In this document: positions 47,816-60,622 of the stretch, in pieces
How positions within the stretch are numbered: the first letter of the stretch is position 1
Layout: every line of letters starts with the position of its first letter
Source: Squalus acanthias
Lineage: Eukaryota
DNA: 64,000 nucleotides
Direction: 5' to 3'
Assembly (NCBI GenBank): GCA_030390025.1
Contig: CM059431.1
Coordinates: 148,058,001-148,122,000, forward strand
The notes under the pieces: generated by a model
What the model saw: only the letters and a program-made list of their open reading frames with translations
What the model was told of the DNA's origin: nothing
The model's database searches: none
Program-made: the position numbers and the translations under genes

Positions 47816-49769
47816 AGCAGGAAATGGAACAGATTTTTCAGCAAGTGTGGAGGCTGGGAAAGGGGGTAGGGGATGAGGGAACAAAAGGGAAGGTCTGTGA
47901 TAGGATAGAAGGCAGAACAGGTTAAGAGACATTAAGAGATATTCAAGTAAAAAGGAGATGGTAATTGGACGGAACTTATCTCTTCCTATCTCGACTCTAT
48001 TTTTTCTCCCCTTGTCCAGTCTCTTCCCAATTACATCCACGACTGTTCCGACACCCTCCGCCACTTTAACCGTTTCCAGTTTCCTGACCCCAACCGCCTC
48101 CTTTTCACTATGGATGTACAATCCCTCCACATCTCCATCCCCCACCAGGATGGCCTGAGTGCCCTCCGCTTCTTCCTTGAACAGAGGTCCAGTCAGTCCC
48201 CATCCACCACCACCCTCCTCCACCTGGCTGAACTTGCTCTCACATTGAACAACTTCTCATTTGACTCCACTCACTTCCTCCAAATTAAAGGTGTTGCTAT
48301 GGGAACCCGCATGGGACAAGCTATGCCTGCCTTCTCGTGGGATATGTGGAATACTCTTTTTACCAGTTCTACTCGGGTCCCCTCCCGCACCTCTTTTTCC
48401 GGTACATTGATGACTGTATCAGTGCCGTCTCCTGCTCTCGCCTTGAACTAGATAATTTCATTCACTTTGCTTCCAATTTCCACTCTTCCCTCACCTTCAC
48501 ATGGTCCATCTCCGAATCTACCCTTTCCTTCTTCGACTTCTCCGTCTCCTTCTCTGGGGATAGGTTATTGACAAACATTCACCACAAGCCCACTGACTCC
48601 CACAGCTACCTGGACTACACTTCCTCCCACCCCGCCTCCTGTAAGGACTCTATTCCATTCTCCCAGTTTATCCGTCTCCGCCGCATCTGCTCCGATGATG
48701 CCACCTTCCCTAACAGTGCTTCTGACATGTCTTCCTTTTTCCTCAACCAAGGAGTCCCCTCTACATTGGTTGACACGGCCCTTGACCGTGTCCGTTCGAT
48801 CTGCCGCACTTCTGCCCTCAACCCTGCCCTTCCCTCCCGGAACCACGACAGAGTTCCACTTGTCCTCACCTTTCACCCCACCAGCCTCCAGATTCAACGG
48901 ATCATCCTCCGCCATTTCCGCCACCTCCAGCGTGATCCCACCACCAAACGCATCTTCCCCTCACCTCCACTTTCAGCATTCCGTAGGGACTGCTCCCTCC
49001 GTGATTCCCTAGTCCACTCCTCTACCACCCCCAGCACCCCTCCCCCTTCGCCCAGCACCTTCCCGTGCAAGCGCAGGAGATGCAACACATGCCCTTATAC
49101 CTCCCCACTTCCCACTGTCCAGGGCCCCAAACACCCCTTCCAGGTGAAACAGCGATTTACTTGTACTTTTTGCAATTTAGTATACTGTATTCGCTGCTCA
49201 CGATATGGACTCCTCTACATTGGGGAGACCAAATGCAGATTGGGTGACCGCTTTGCGGAACACCTCCATTCAGTCCGTAAGAGGGACCCCAAGCTTCTGC
49301 TCGCTTGTCCCTTTAATTCACCGCTCCACATTCACTCAGACCTCACCGTCCTCGGCCTCTTGCATTGGTCCACTGAAGCTCTGCGTAAGCTCGAGGAACA
49401 GCACCTCATCTTTCGATTAGGCACTCTGCAGCCGTCTGGACTCAATATAGTGTAAAACAATTTCAGATCATAACCTCGGCCCCTATCATATATATATATA
49501 TATTTTATCCACACTCTTTGTTTGTCTTTTTTTTCTTCTCTCCCACATGGCAGCTGTCTTTCACTCTGCCAGCGCAATTTACACTTCATCTAGAGCCATC
49601 CTTTGTTTCTTAACCTGTCCCATTACCATCTCCTTTTGCCTTGAATATCTCTTAATGTCTCTTCACCTCTTCTGCCTTCTATCCTATCACAGTCCTTCCC
49701 TTTTGTTCTTTCATCCCCTACCCCCTTTACCAGCCTCTACACTGGCAAAAAAATCTGTACCATTTCCTG

Positions 49770-49830
49770 CTTTTTTCCTGTTCTGACGAAAAGTCATCGA
49801 CCTGAAACGTTAACTCTGTTTCTCTCTTCA
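49770..49830 (+). ncRNA. Minimal hammerhead ribozyme motif
   Basis: CTGACGA (49783-49789), a short stem II aagtc-atc-gacct, GAAAC (49804-49808) and palindromic gttaac. Confidence 0.7.
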
Positions 49831-50324
49831 CAGATGCTGCCTGACCTGCTGAGTATCTCCAGCATTTTCTGCTTTTATTTCAGATTTCCAGCATCTGCAG
49901 TATTTTCTTTTTGTGCCAGAATGGTCTATATGTTTTGATGGAATGGAATGTCTTTGACTAACACGCAGCCGGCTCTGAAGTGAAATACCCAGAGATTATA
50001 GAATGATCCCTCTGAGTTTTCTTGAAAAAACATAATAAAACGCTGAATAAGTATTTGCTAAGGAGAAAGTTAGCACTGTACACGAGGAATTCAGGGGTTT
50101 AAAAACCTAAATGCTGAATTAAGAGGTCTCAGCACTACGTCAAACTGCCCAGAGAAACTCAGGTCCTGCAGCCGAAAAACGCGGCTAAGTTCTCGCTCCT
50201 GGTCATTATCCAGCTCCAGATCGGGTCAGCACGGGTCACGTGCAGCTGTCTCCAAATTCCTCTGGGAGTGTACACCCACTGTCTGTGCAAACATTGTGGA
50301 CAGCTTCATTTAAGCAATTTTATT

Positions 50325-51110
50325 TTCGGTGTGGACAAGTCCAGTTTAGCACAGTTACATTCAGTGCAGTTACATTCAGTGTGGACAGGTCCAGTTCAGC
50401 ACAGTTACATACAGTGTGGACAGGTCCAGTTCAGAACAGTTACATTCAGTGTGGACAGGTCCAGTTCAGCACAGTTACATTCAGTGTGGACAGGTCCTGT
50501 TCATTACAATTACATTCAGTGTGGAATGGTCCTGTTCAGGACAGTTACATTCAGTGTGGACAGGTCCAGTTCAGCACAGTTACATTCAGTGTGGACATTT
50601 GCAGCTCAGCACGGTTGCAATCAGTGTTGACAGTCCAGTTCAGCACAGTTACATTCAGTGTGGACAGGTCCAGTTCAGCACGGTTACATTCAGTGTAGAC
50701 AGGTCCAGTTCAGCACAGTTACATTCTGTGTGGACAGGACCAGTTCCACACGGTTACATTCTGTGTAGACAGGTCCTGTTCAGTACAGTTGCATTCAGTT
50801 TTGACAGTTCCATTTCAACACAATTACATTAATTGTGGACAGGTCCAGTTCAACACAGTTACATTCAGTGGGGACAGGTACAGTTCAACACAGTTACATT
50901 CAGTGTGGACAGGTCCTGTTCAACACAGTTACATTCAGTTTGGACAGGTCTAGTTCAGCGCAGTTACATTCAGTGTGGACTTGTCCAGTTCAACACAGTT
51001 ACATTCAGTGTGGACAGGTCTAGTTCTGCACAGTTACTTTCAGTATGGACAGGTCCAGTTCTGGAAGGTTACTTCGAGTGAGGACTGGTCTAATTGATCC
51101 CGGCTACTTT
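50325..51110. repeat. 35-bp minisatellite (CAGTTACATTCAGTGTGGACAGGTCCAGTTCAGCA)
   Basis: About 21 tandem copies. Confidence 0.92.
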
Positions 51111-51349
51111 CAGTACAATTCAGTTCAGCGCGATTAGTGGCTGTCTTAGTGAATCCCGGTGGTAGTAACGGCTGCGATAAAGCTAAAGTTGAAATTGACA
51201 AAGTTTAACCGGAAATTTGAACTGTCTGGAATGAACTCAAATCTGACCAGGCTGCTGGGCCTGACATGAGCAACAGAGGGTGTGGCTATAAAACGAGTAG
51301 AAATGTATCATTTATCTGTTGAGATAAAGAATGGACGTGCAGTGTTGTC

Positions 51350-52980
51350 ATAAAGGAAGTGCATCACAAACAGAGTGTAAACGTGGGAATTTGGTGAGAG
51401 TGGGAGTTCGGTGCAGAGGAGGAAGGAGGGGCTGTTTTTATCTCCAATACTTGTAGAGGTTCCGTGTAACCGGTGACTATTTAATTTAAATTACCTATAG
51501 CTTAAACTAGATCAAGTAATTGGTGAAAATACTATAAACTCTAAGTAAAGTTGATTAAATTCATAAACTTTAGTTAATTAAATAAATAAAACAAGGTTTG
51601 ATAGGGATGGCAGTGCAGGAGGTGTGCCACAACTGCAGCATGCGGGTGCTTGTGGGAGCATCGCGATCCCAGGCAACTGCATTTGCAGTAAATATCTGCA
51701 TCTCGAGGAACATCAGCTCAGAGTTGCTGAGCTGGACTCCGAGATGCATACATTTCGGGGAATCAGGGTAGGGCAGAGTTACCTGGACACTTTGTGCCTC
51801 CTGTTAGCGCCTGGAGGAGCGGTAATGTGACGCTGAGGGGTTAGCGACTGGGCGCGGCGAATTCAGCAACGCCCGAGAACTTCCCTGCTGGTTTAGAGCT
51901 GGCGCTAACACTTACCACCTTGCCCTGGAGCACCTCGAAGTTTGTGACAGCTTAATTGCGCAGCGCCCCGTTACCGCCCAGGATATGAAATTGCCTCCTG
52001 CCCCCTGCTGTATCGCTGGGCGTCAGCAACGGCAGGAAGAGGAGGCGTTGTTACCTCAACTGGCCGCTTGGCGAGCGCTAATTAAAGGCAGTGGTATTCT
52101 TTGCACCAGTCTGGTGCCTCCTGAAAGTTTTTGATGATTTATTGCTGCGAGATGTCCCAGCCCTCCGCTCTCTGAGAGTGTTTGGGGCTGTAATGGCAGT
52201 CGCGCAGGTCGCCTGGCAGAACAGAACTGAGCAGAAGTAAGCTGTGCATCATCATTAGCCTTACCCTTTAAGTGAGGGAAGCAGCCTCCGATGCCGGTAT
52301 CTTTGCACTCCACATTGTTCAGCGCTCTGCCGCTACCGCCCCATACTCGCACTTTTGCGCCCTAAGAGAAGTAGTTAGCGCTTGATTTAGCGCTCTACTT
52401 CCCTCTTGGAGCGCTAAGGCTCAATTTCCCGGGACCAGAAAATGATGATCGCCTGGCGATTCTTTTCCGAGATTTAAAAATGTATCATCCCAAACGGGGC
52501 GCTACGGAATTTCTAGCCCTTTGATCGAGGAGGTAGTCACACCCCTTAGGTGAGGCAGTGGTACAGGTCAGGTCATAGATAGGAGGTTGTGACTGCAACT
52601 CAGGCTGGTGAGGGGACCCCAGGTGCAGCGCTGGAGGAGGCGCGACCTTTGACCTTTCCAACAAGTGCGAGGCTCTTGTGGCAAATGTGGATGAAGGAAA
52701 ATATGCAGAGTGAATGAGCAAACTGTCCATGGCATCGTGGTACATGAGGGCATTCAAATGGGGGGAGTGGAAAAGTATGTGATATTGGTGAGAGACAGTA
52801 TAGTCAGGGGATAGATACAGTTCTCTGCAGCCGCGGTCGGGAGTTCCGAGGTTGTGTTGCCTGCCGAGTGACAGGGTTCAGGACTTCTCCACGTGGCTGG
52901 AGAAGCAATTGAAGCGGGAGAGGGAGGATCCAGTTGTCGTGTTACACGTAGGATCAAACGACATAGGTAGAACTAGGAAT
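51350..52980 (+). mobile_element. Degenerate CR1 5' UTR and ORF1, interrupted by a GC-rich MITE-like insert (~51795-52519)
   Basis: CICSK...LRVAELDSE...YLDTL | EEVVTPL...DPVVVLHVG. The insert ends gaatttctagccc, like the TIR at 63111. Confidence 0.7.
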
Positions 52981-55900
52981 TAGAATCATAGAATCATAGA
53001 AGATAGGAGCAGGAGTAGGCCATTCGGCCCCGCTAGCCTGCTCCGCCATTCAATGCGATCATGGCTGATCATCCAAATTCAGTACCCTGTCCCTGCTTTC
53101 TTCCGATATCCCTTGATCCCTTTAGCCTTAAGAAATATATCCAACACCTTCTTGAATCTATTTAATGAATTGGCCTCTACTGCCTTCTGTGGCAGAAATT
53201 TCCACAGGTTCACCACTCTCTGGGTGAAGAAATTCCTCCTCATTTCTGTCCTAAATGGCTTACCCCTTATCCTTAGACTGTGACCTCTGGTTCTGGACTC
53301 CCCGACCATCGGGAACATCCTTCCTGCATCAAGTTTGTCCTTCCTGTCAGAATTTTATAAGTTTCAATGAGATCCCCTCTCATTCTTCTAAACTCCAGCG
53401 AGTATAAGCCCAATCGACCCAATCTGTTTTCATACGTCATTCCTTCCATCCCAGGTATCAGCATTGTGAATCTTCGCTGAATTCCTTCCATGGCAAGAAC
53501 ATCTTTCCTCAGATGAGGCGAACAAAACTACACACAGTACTCAAGGTGTGGTCTCACCAAGGCCCTGTACAACTGCAGCAAGACATCCTTGTTCCTGTAC
53601 GCAAACCCTCTCGCTATGAAGGCCAACATACCATTTGCCTTCTTTACCGCCTGCTGCACCTGCATGCTTACCTTCAGCGACTGGTGCACAAGAACACCCA
53701 GATCTCGTTGCATTTCCCCTTCTCCCAATCTATTGCCATTCAGATAATAATCTGCCTTTCTGTTTTTGACACCAAAGTGGATAAGCTCGCATTTATCCAC
53801 GTTATATTGCATCTGCCACGCTTCTGCCCAATCACCCAACCTGTCCAAAACATCCTGGAGTTTCTCGGCATCCTCCTCGCAGCACACACGCCCACCCAGT
53901 TTTGTGTCATCTGCAAACTTGGAGATATCACATCTTGTTCCCTTGTCTACATCATTAATATATATTGTAAATAGCTGGGGTCCAAGGACCGATCCCTGTG
54001 GTACCCCACTAGTCACTGCCTGCCACTCGGAAAACGACCCGTTATTGCAACTCTTTGCTTTCTGTCAGCCAAACAGTTCTCTATCCAAGTCAATACCTTG
54101 CCCCCAATCCCATGTGCCTTATCTTTACACGCTAATCTCTTAAGCGGGACCTTATCAAAAGCCTTTTGGAAGTCCAAATACACCACATCCACTGGTTCTC
54201 CCTTATCTATTTTACCAGTTACATCCTCAAAAAATTCTAGTAGATTAGTCAAGCATGATTTACCTTTTGTAAATCCATGTTGACTTTGTCCGATCCTGTC
54301 ACTGTTTTTCAAGTGCTCAGCTATTACATCTTTTATAATGGACTCTAGCATTTTCCCCACTACCGATGTCTGGCTTACCGGTCTGTAATTCCCCGTTTTC
54401 TCTCTACTACCCTTTTGAATAGTGGGGTAACATGAGCTACCCTCCAATCCATGGGTACTGTTCCAGATTCCATCGAATGTTGGAAGATGATCAGCAATGC
54501 ATCTACTATTTCTAGGGCCTCTTCCTTAAATACGCTTGGATGTAGATTATCAGGCCCTGTGGATTTATCGGCCTTCAATCCCTTCAATTTCCCTAACACC
54601 ATTTCCCTACAAATACTGATTTCTTTCAGTTCCTCCCTTTCATCAGACCCTATGTTCCCCAACATCTCTGGGAGGTTATTTGTGTCCTCCTTTGTGAAGA
54701 CAGAACCAAAATATGTATTTAATTGGCCTCACATTTCTTTGTTCCCCATTATAAGTTACCCTGATTCTGACTGCAAGGGAACTATGGTTGATTTCACGAA
54801 TCTTTTTCGCTTCACATATCTATAAAAGCTTTTAGAGTCAGTTTTTATGTTCCCTGGAAGCTTACTCTCGTATTCTAGTTTCCCCTTCTTAATTAATCCC
54901 TTTGTCCTACTTTGTTGAATCTTAAACTGCTCCCAATACACAGGGTTACTGCTTTTTCTGGTCAATTTATAAGCCCTCTCCTTGGATCTTACGCTATCCC
55001 TAATTTCCCTTGTTAGCCACGGTTTAGTCACCCTTTTTGTTTTATTCTTATGACAAACTGGGATGAACAAATTCTGTAGTTCGCCCATGCGGTCTTTGAA
55101 TGTTTGCCATTGCCTATCCACCGTCATCCCTTTGAGTGACATTCCCCAATCAATCCTACCCAACTCGCACCTCATACCATCGTAGTTTCATTTATTTAAA
55201 TTCAGGACCCTAGTCTCTGAGTCAACTACTTCACTCTCCATCCTAATGAAGAATTCTATCATATTATCATCGCTCCGACCCAAGGGGCTTCGCACAACAA
55301 GATTGCTAATTAATCCTTTCACATTGCATAATATCCAGTCTAAGATGGCCTGATCTCTGTTTGGTTCCTCGACATATTGGTCCAGGAAAGCATGCCGTAA
55401 ATACTCCAGGAATTCCTCCTCCATAGTATTGTTACTAATTTGGTTAGCCCAATCTATATGTAGATTAAAGTCACCCATGATGACTGCTGTGCCCTTATTG
55501 CACGCTTCTCTAATTTCCCTTTGAATGCTATCCCCAACCTCCACATTACTGTTTCGTGGTCTATATATCACTCCCACTAACGTTTTCTGGCACTTGTTAT
55601 TTCTCAGTTCAAGCCATACAGATTCCAGATCATCAGAGCTAATATCCTTCCTCTCAATTGTGTTAATCCCCTCTTTAACCAGCAATGCTACCCCAACTCA
55701 CGTTCCTTTTTGCCTATATTTCCTGAATATTGAGTACACTTGGATGTTGAGTTCCCAGCCTTGGCCACCCTGGAGCCATGTTTCGGTAATCCCAATCAAA
55801 ACATATTCGTTTACCTCTATTTGCGTAGCCAATTCAACCACCTTGTTCCGAATGCTCCTTGCATTAAGACACAAAGCCTTCAGGCTTGTTTTTTTAACGC

Positions 55901-57250
55901 TCTTAGACCTATTAGAATTAGTATTTACTGTGGCCATGTTTGATTTAAACCGTTGTTTTCTCTGACTGCCACTTTTGTTTTTCTCCTTCCTATCTTTTGC
56001 TTTTAGCCTTGTTTCCCTTTCCTCTGTTTCCCTGCTAAGGTTCCCAACACCCTGCCATTTTAGTTTAAACCCTCCCCCAGAGCTCTAGCAAACACTCCCC
56101 CAAGGACATCGGTCCCGGCCCTGCCCAGGTGTAGACCATGCGGTTTGTACTGGCCCCACCTGCCCCAGAACCGGTTCCAATGCCCCAGGAATTTGAATCC
56201 CTCCCCCTTGCACCCTTCCTCTAGCCACGTATTCATTTGAAATATCCTTCTATTTCTACTCTGACTAGCACGTGGCACTGGTAGCAATCCTGAGATTACT
56301 ACCTTTGAGCTCCTATTTTTTAATTTACCTCCTAACTCCCTATATTCTGCTTTTAGGACCTCATCCCGTTTTCTACCTTTTTCGTTGATACCTATATGCA
56401 GCACGACAACTGGCTGTTCACCCTCCCCTTCCAAAATGCTCTGTAGCCGCTCTGAGACATCCTTGACCCTTGCATCAGGGAGGCAACATGCCATCCTGAA
56501 ATCTCGTTTGCGGCCGCAGAAACGCCTATCTATTCCGCTTACAATAGAATCCCCTATCACTATAGCTCTCCCATTCTTTTTCCTCCCATACTGTGCAGCA
56601 GAACCAGCTACGGTGCTAGGAAGTTGGCTGCTGCTGTCTTCCCCTGATAAGCCATCTCCCTCAACAATATCCAAAGCGGTATATCTGTGTGAGATGGGGA
56701 TGGCCACGGGGGACCCCTGCACTACGTGCCTGCGCCTATTACTCTGCCTGGTGGTCACCCATTCCCTTCCTGCCTGTACACCCTTTACCTGCGGTGTGAC
56801 CAACTCCCTAATCGTGCTATCCACGATGTCCTCAGCATCGCGATGCTCCAGTATTCATCCATCCACAGCTCCAGTGCCACAATGCGGTCTGTCAGTAGCT
56901 GCAGCTGGATACACCTCCTGCACACATGGGTTCAGGGACACAGGAAGTGTCCTTGATTTCCCACATAGTGCAGGAAGAGCCTGTCACAGCGCCGAGCTGT
57001 CCTGGCATGACTTACCCTTTAATTAATTAATTAATCAATTAATTAAAATTAAATTTAAATTAAATGGATCCCATCAATTACACTGGAATTAAGTGATATA
57101 CTCAAGGGCCCTTGCTTAACAGTATTTCCCGCTACACAAAGAGACCGCAGAAACCACAAAATTAAAGTTTACAAAAATTGAGAAAGAAAACACTCACCAA
57201 ACGATCACTTACCTGCTTTTTGGTGACGTCACACTACGAATACTTTTTAC
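52981..57250 (-). mobile_element. Near full-length degenerate CR1 LINE
   Basis: (TTCTATGA)n tail, ORF2 fragments from 55937 to 53079, ORF1 at ~57008-56060, and a 5' UTR motif shared with the CR1 at 4901-4945. Confidence 0.93.
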
Positions 57251-60130
57251 TCTAGTGTAAGTGCAGGTACCACTAGCAACAGAGGAGCTCGGTCACCTCT
57301 TGTGTAAGTGTAGGTACCACTAGTAACAGAGGAGCACGGTCATCTATAGTGTAAGTGTAGGTACCACTAGTGACAGAGAAGCACGGTCACCTGTAGTGTA
57401 AGAGTAGGTACCACTAGTAACAGAGGAGCACGGTCACCTCTAGTTTCCGTGTCGATAACACTAGTAACAGAAGAGCACGTACACCTCTAGTGTTAGTGTA
57501 GGTAGCACTAGTGACAGAGAAGCACGCTCACCTCTAGTGTAAGTGTAGGTAACACTAGTAACAGAGTTGCAGGGTCATCTCTAGTGTAAATGTAGGTAAC
57601 ACTAGTAACAGAGGAGCACGGTCACCTCTAGTGTAAGTGTAGGTACCACTAGTAAAAGAGGAGCACGCTCACCTCTAGTGTATGTGTAAGTAATACTAGT
57701 ACAGGAGGAGCACGGGCACCTCTAGTGTAAGTGTATGTAACACTAGTACAGGAGGAACACAGTCACCTCTAGTGTAAGTCTATGTAACTCTAGTACAGGA
57801 AGAGCACGGTCACCTCTAGTGTCAGTGTATGTAACACTAGTACAGGAAGAACACAGTCACCTCTAGTGTAAGTGTCTGTAAAACTACTACAGGAGGAGCA
57901 AGGTCCCCTCTAGTGTAAGTGTATGTAAAACTAGTACAGGAGGAGCACAGTCACCTCTAGTGTAAGTGTCTGTAAAACTACCACAGGAGGAGCAAGGTCC
58001 CCTCTAGTGTAAGTGTATGTAACAATAGTACAGCAGGAAAAGGGTCACCTCTAGGGTAAGTATATTTAACATTATTACAGGAGGAGCAGGGTCACCTCTA
58101 GTGTAAGTGCATGTAAAACAAGTACAGGAGGAGCACAGTCACCTCTGGTGTACGTGTAAGTAACTCTGGTACAGGAGAAGCCAGGTCACCTCTAGTGTAA
58201 GTGTATGTAACACTAGTACAGGAAGAGCACGGTCACCTCTAGTGTCAGTGTATGTAACACTAGTACAGGAGGAGCACGGTCACCTCTGGTGTAAGTGTAT
58301 GTAACTCTGTTACAGGAGGAGCATGGTAACCTTTAGTGTAAGTGTATGTAACACTAGTACAGGAAAACCACGGTCACCATGAGTGTAAGTGTATGTAACT
58401 CCGGTACAGGAGAAGCACGGTCACCTCTGCTGTAAGTGTATGTAACACTAGTCCAGGAGAAGCACGGCCACCTCTAGTGTAAGTGTATGTAACACTAGTT
58501 TAGGAGGAGCACGGTCACCTCTGGTGTAAGTGTATGTAACTCTGTTACAGGAGGAGCATGGTAACCTTTAGTGTAAGTGTATCTAACACTAGCACAGGAG
58601 GAGCACTGTCACCTCTATTGTAAATGTATGTAACACTAGTACAGGAGGAGCACGATCACCTCTAGTGTCAGTGTATGTAACACTAGTACAGGAAGAGCAC
58701 GATTAACTCTAGTGTAAGTGTATGTAGCACTTGTACAGGAGGAGCTCGGTCACGTCTAGTGTAAGTGTAGGTAACTCTAGTACCGGAGGAGCACGGTCAC
58801 CTCTAGTGTAAGTGTATGTAACTCTAGTACAGGAGAAGCACGGTCACCTCTAGTGTAAGTGCAGGTAACACTAGTAGAGGAGGAGCACGGTCTCCTCTAG
58901 TGTAAGTGCAGGTAACACTAGTACAGGAGGAGCACGGTCACCTCGAGTGTATGTGCAGGTAACACTAGTACAGGAGGAGCACGGTCACCTCGAGTGTAAG
59001 TGCAGGTAACACTAGTAGAGGAGGAGCACGGTCTCCTCTAGTTTAAGTGCAGGTAACACTAGTACAGGAGGAGCACGGTCACCTCGAGTGTAAGTGTAGG
59101 TAACACTAGTACAGCAGGAAAAGGGTCACCTCTAGTGTCAGTGTATGTAACTCTAGTACAGCAGGAAAAGGGTCACCTCTAGTGTAAGTGTATTTAACCC
59201 TGGTACAGGCGGAGCACGGTCACCTCTGGTGTAAGTGTATGTAACACTAGTACAGGAAGAGCACGGTGCCCTCCAGTGTAAGTGTATGTAACTCTGTTAC
59301 AGGAGGAACACGGTCACCTCTAGTGCAAGTGTATGTAAGTCTATTACAGGAGGAGCATGCTAACCTCTCGTGTAAGTGTAGGAAACACTAGTACAGAAGG
59401 AGCACGGTCACCTCTAGAGTCAGTGTATGTAATAATAGTACAGGAGGGGCACGGTCACCTCTAGTGTCAGTGTATGTAAAACTAGTACAGGAAGAACTAG
59501 GTCAACTCTGGTATAAGTGTATGTAACACTAGTATAGGAGGAGCACGGTCACCTGTAGTGTAAGGGTATGTAACACTATTACAGAAGGAGCACTGTAACC
59601 TCTAGTGTAAGTGTATGTAACACTAGTAGAGGAGGAGCACGGTCACCACTAGATTAATTGTATGTAACACTAGTACAGGAGGAGCACGGTCACTTCTAGT
59701 GTCAGAGTATGTAACACTAGTGCAGGAGGAGCACGATCACCTCTAGTGTAAGTGTATGTAACACTAGTACAGGAGGAGCACGATCACCTCTAGTGTAAGT
59801 GTATGTAACACTAGTACAGGAGGAGCACGATCACCTCTATTGTAAGTGTATGTAACACTAGTACAGGAGGAGCACGATCACCTCTAGTGTAAGTGTATGT
59901 AACACTAGTACAGGAGGAGCACGATCACCTCTATTGTAAGTGTATGTAACACTACTGGAGGAAGAGCACGGTCACCTCTAGAGTAAGTGAAGGTCACTCT
60001 AGTACAGGAAGAGCACGGTCACCTCTAGTGCAAGTGTATTTAACACTAGTACACGAGGGGCACGATCACCTCTAGTGTTAGTGTATGTAACTCTAGTACA
60101 GGAGGAGCACGGACACCTCTTGTGTAAGTT
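57250..60130. repeat. 47-bp satellite (CACGGTCACCTCTAGTGTAAGTGTATGTAACACTAGTACAGGAGGAG)
   Basis: About 60 head-to-tail copies with an internal inverted repeat CTAGTGT...ACACTAG. Confidence 0.95.
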
Positions 60131-60449
60131 TACTGGAAAAGTACTCTCTTATCTAGCATAAATGTAGCGTTACCACTAGAACGGAGAATACGGTCGCCTG
60201 TAATGCAACCGGACTAGTGTAATCACAAATATTGCAAGATTGGTTTCACTGTCTGGAGTATTTGTTGCACTTGAATTGAGGGAAGTGAAGGGTCCTGAGG
60301 TTGGCCCTCTTCACCAATTATAGGAATAGGGTCAGCACCAGTACTGGGAAATTTCACTTTCCACTTGTAAACAATGTTTTAATCTTGTTTTTGACACTGA
60401 CCAGTAACAATGTCAACGTGTTCTTTTTATGTGACGTGTCAGATACAAA

Positions 60450-60547
60450 ATCTAATTACCTGATTCTATTTGTTAAACGACTGTAACTAATGCTAATTAT
60501 GATTTAATTGATTGACTCCCTGAAGGATTGATGTGTGGATAAATATA
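60450..60547 (+). promoter_or_regulatory. Putative core promoter of GPCR 2
   Basis: CTAATTAC at 60452, CTAATTATG at 60493-60501, TAATTG at 60505, and TATA-like GATAAATATA at 60538-60547, about 75 bp upstream of the ATG. Confidence 0.5.
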
Positions 60548-60622
60548 GGTTCCCTTCCATTGCATCAGCCGTGCGCCAGTCAGATTTTCAACTCCGACAG
60601 AATTCTTCTATTCTCACAGAAA

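Larger units (their letters stand above)
47714..49913 (+). mobile_element. Penelope-like element (5'-truncated RT plus GIY-YIG endonuclease) with an inverted terminal repeat
   Basis: MDVQSL, GVAMG, RYIDD and VYCIRC...LYIGETK...RFAEH motifs. 47714-47970 is an inverted copy of ~49617-49875. A 17-bp TSD with 2 mismatches lies at 47697-47713 and 49914-49930. Confidence 0.92.

Noticed and set aside
50240..51081. Repetitive ORFs in three frames
   Set aside because: A 35-bp unit without stops cycles through frames, and there is no other evidence of coding.
57250..60130. CRISPR-like array of palindromic repeats (also the 29-, 32- and 35-bp arrays)
   Set aside because: Units are head-to-tail with no unique spacers, there are no cas genes, and the context is eukaryotic.
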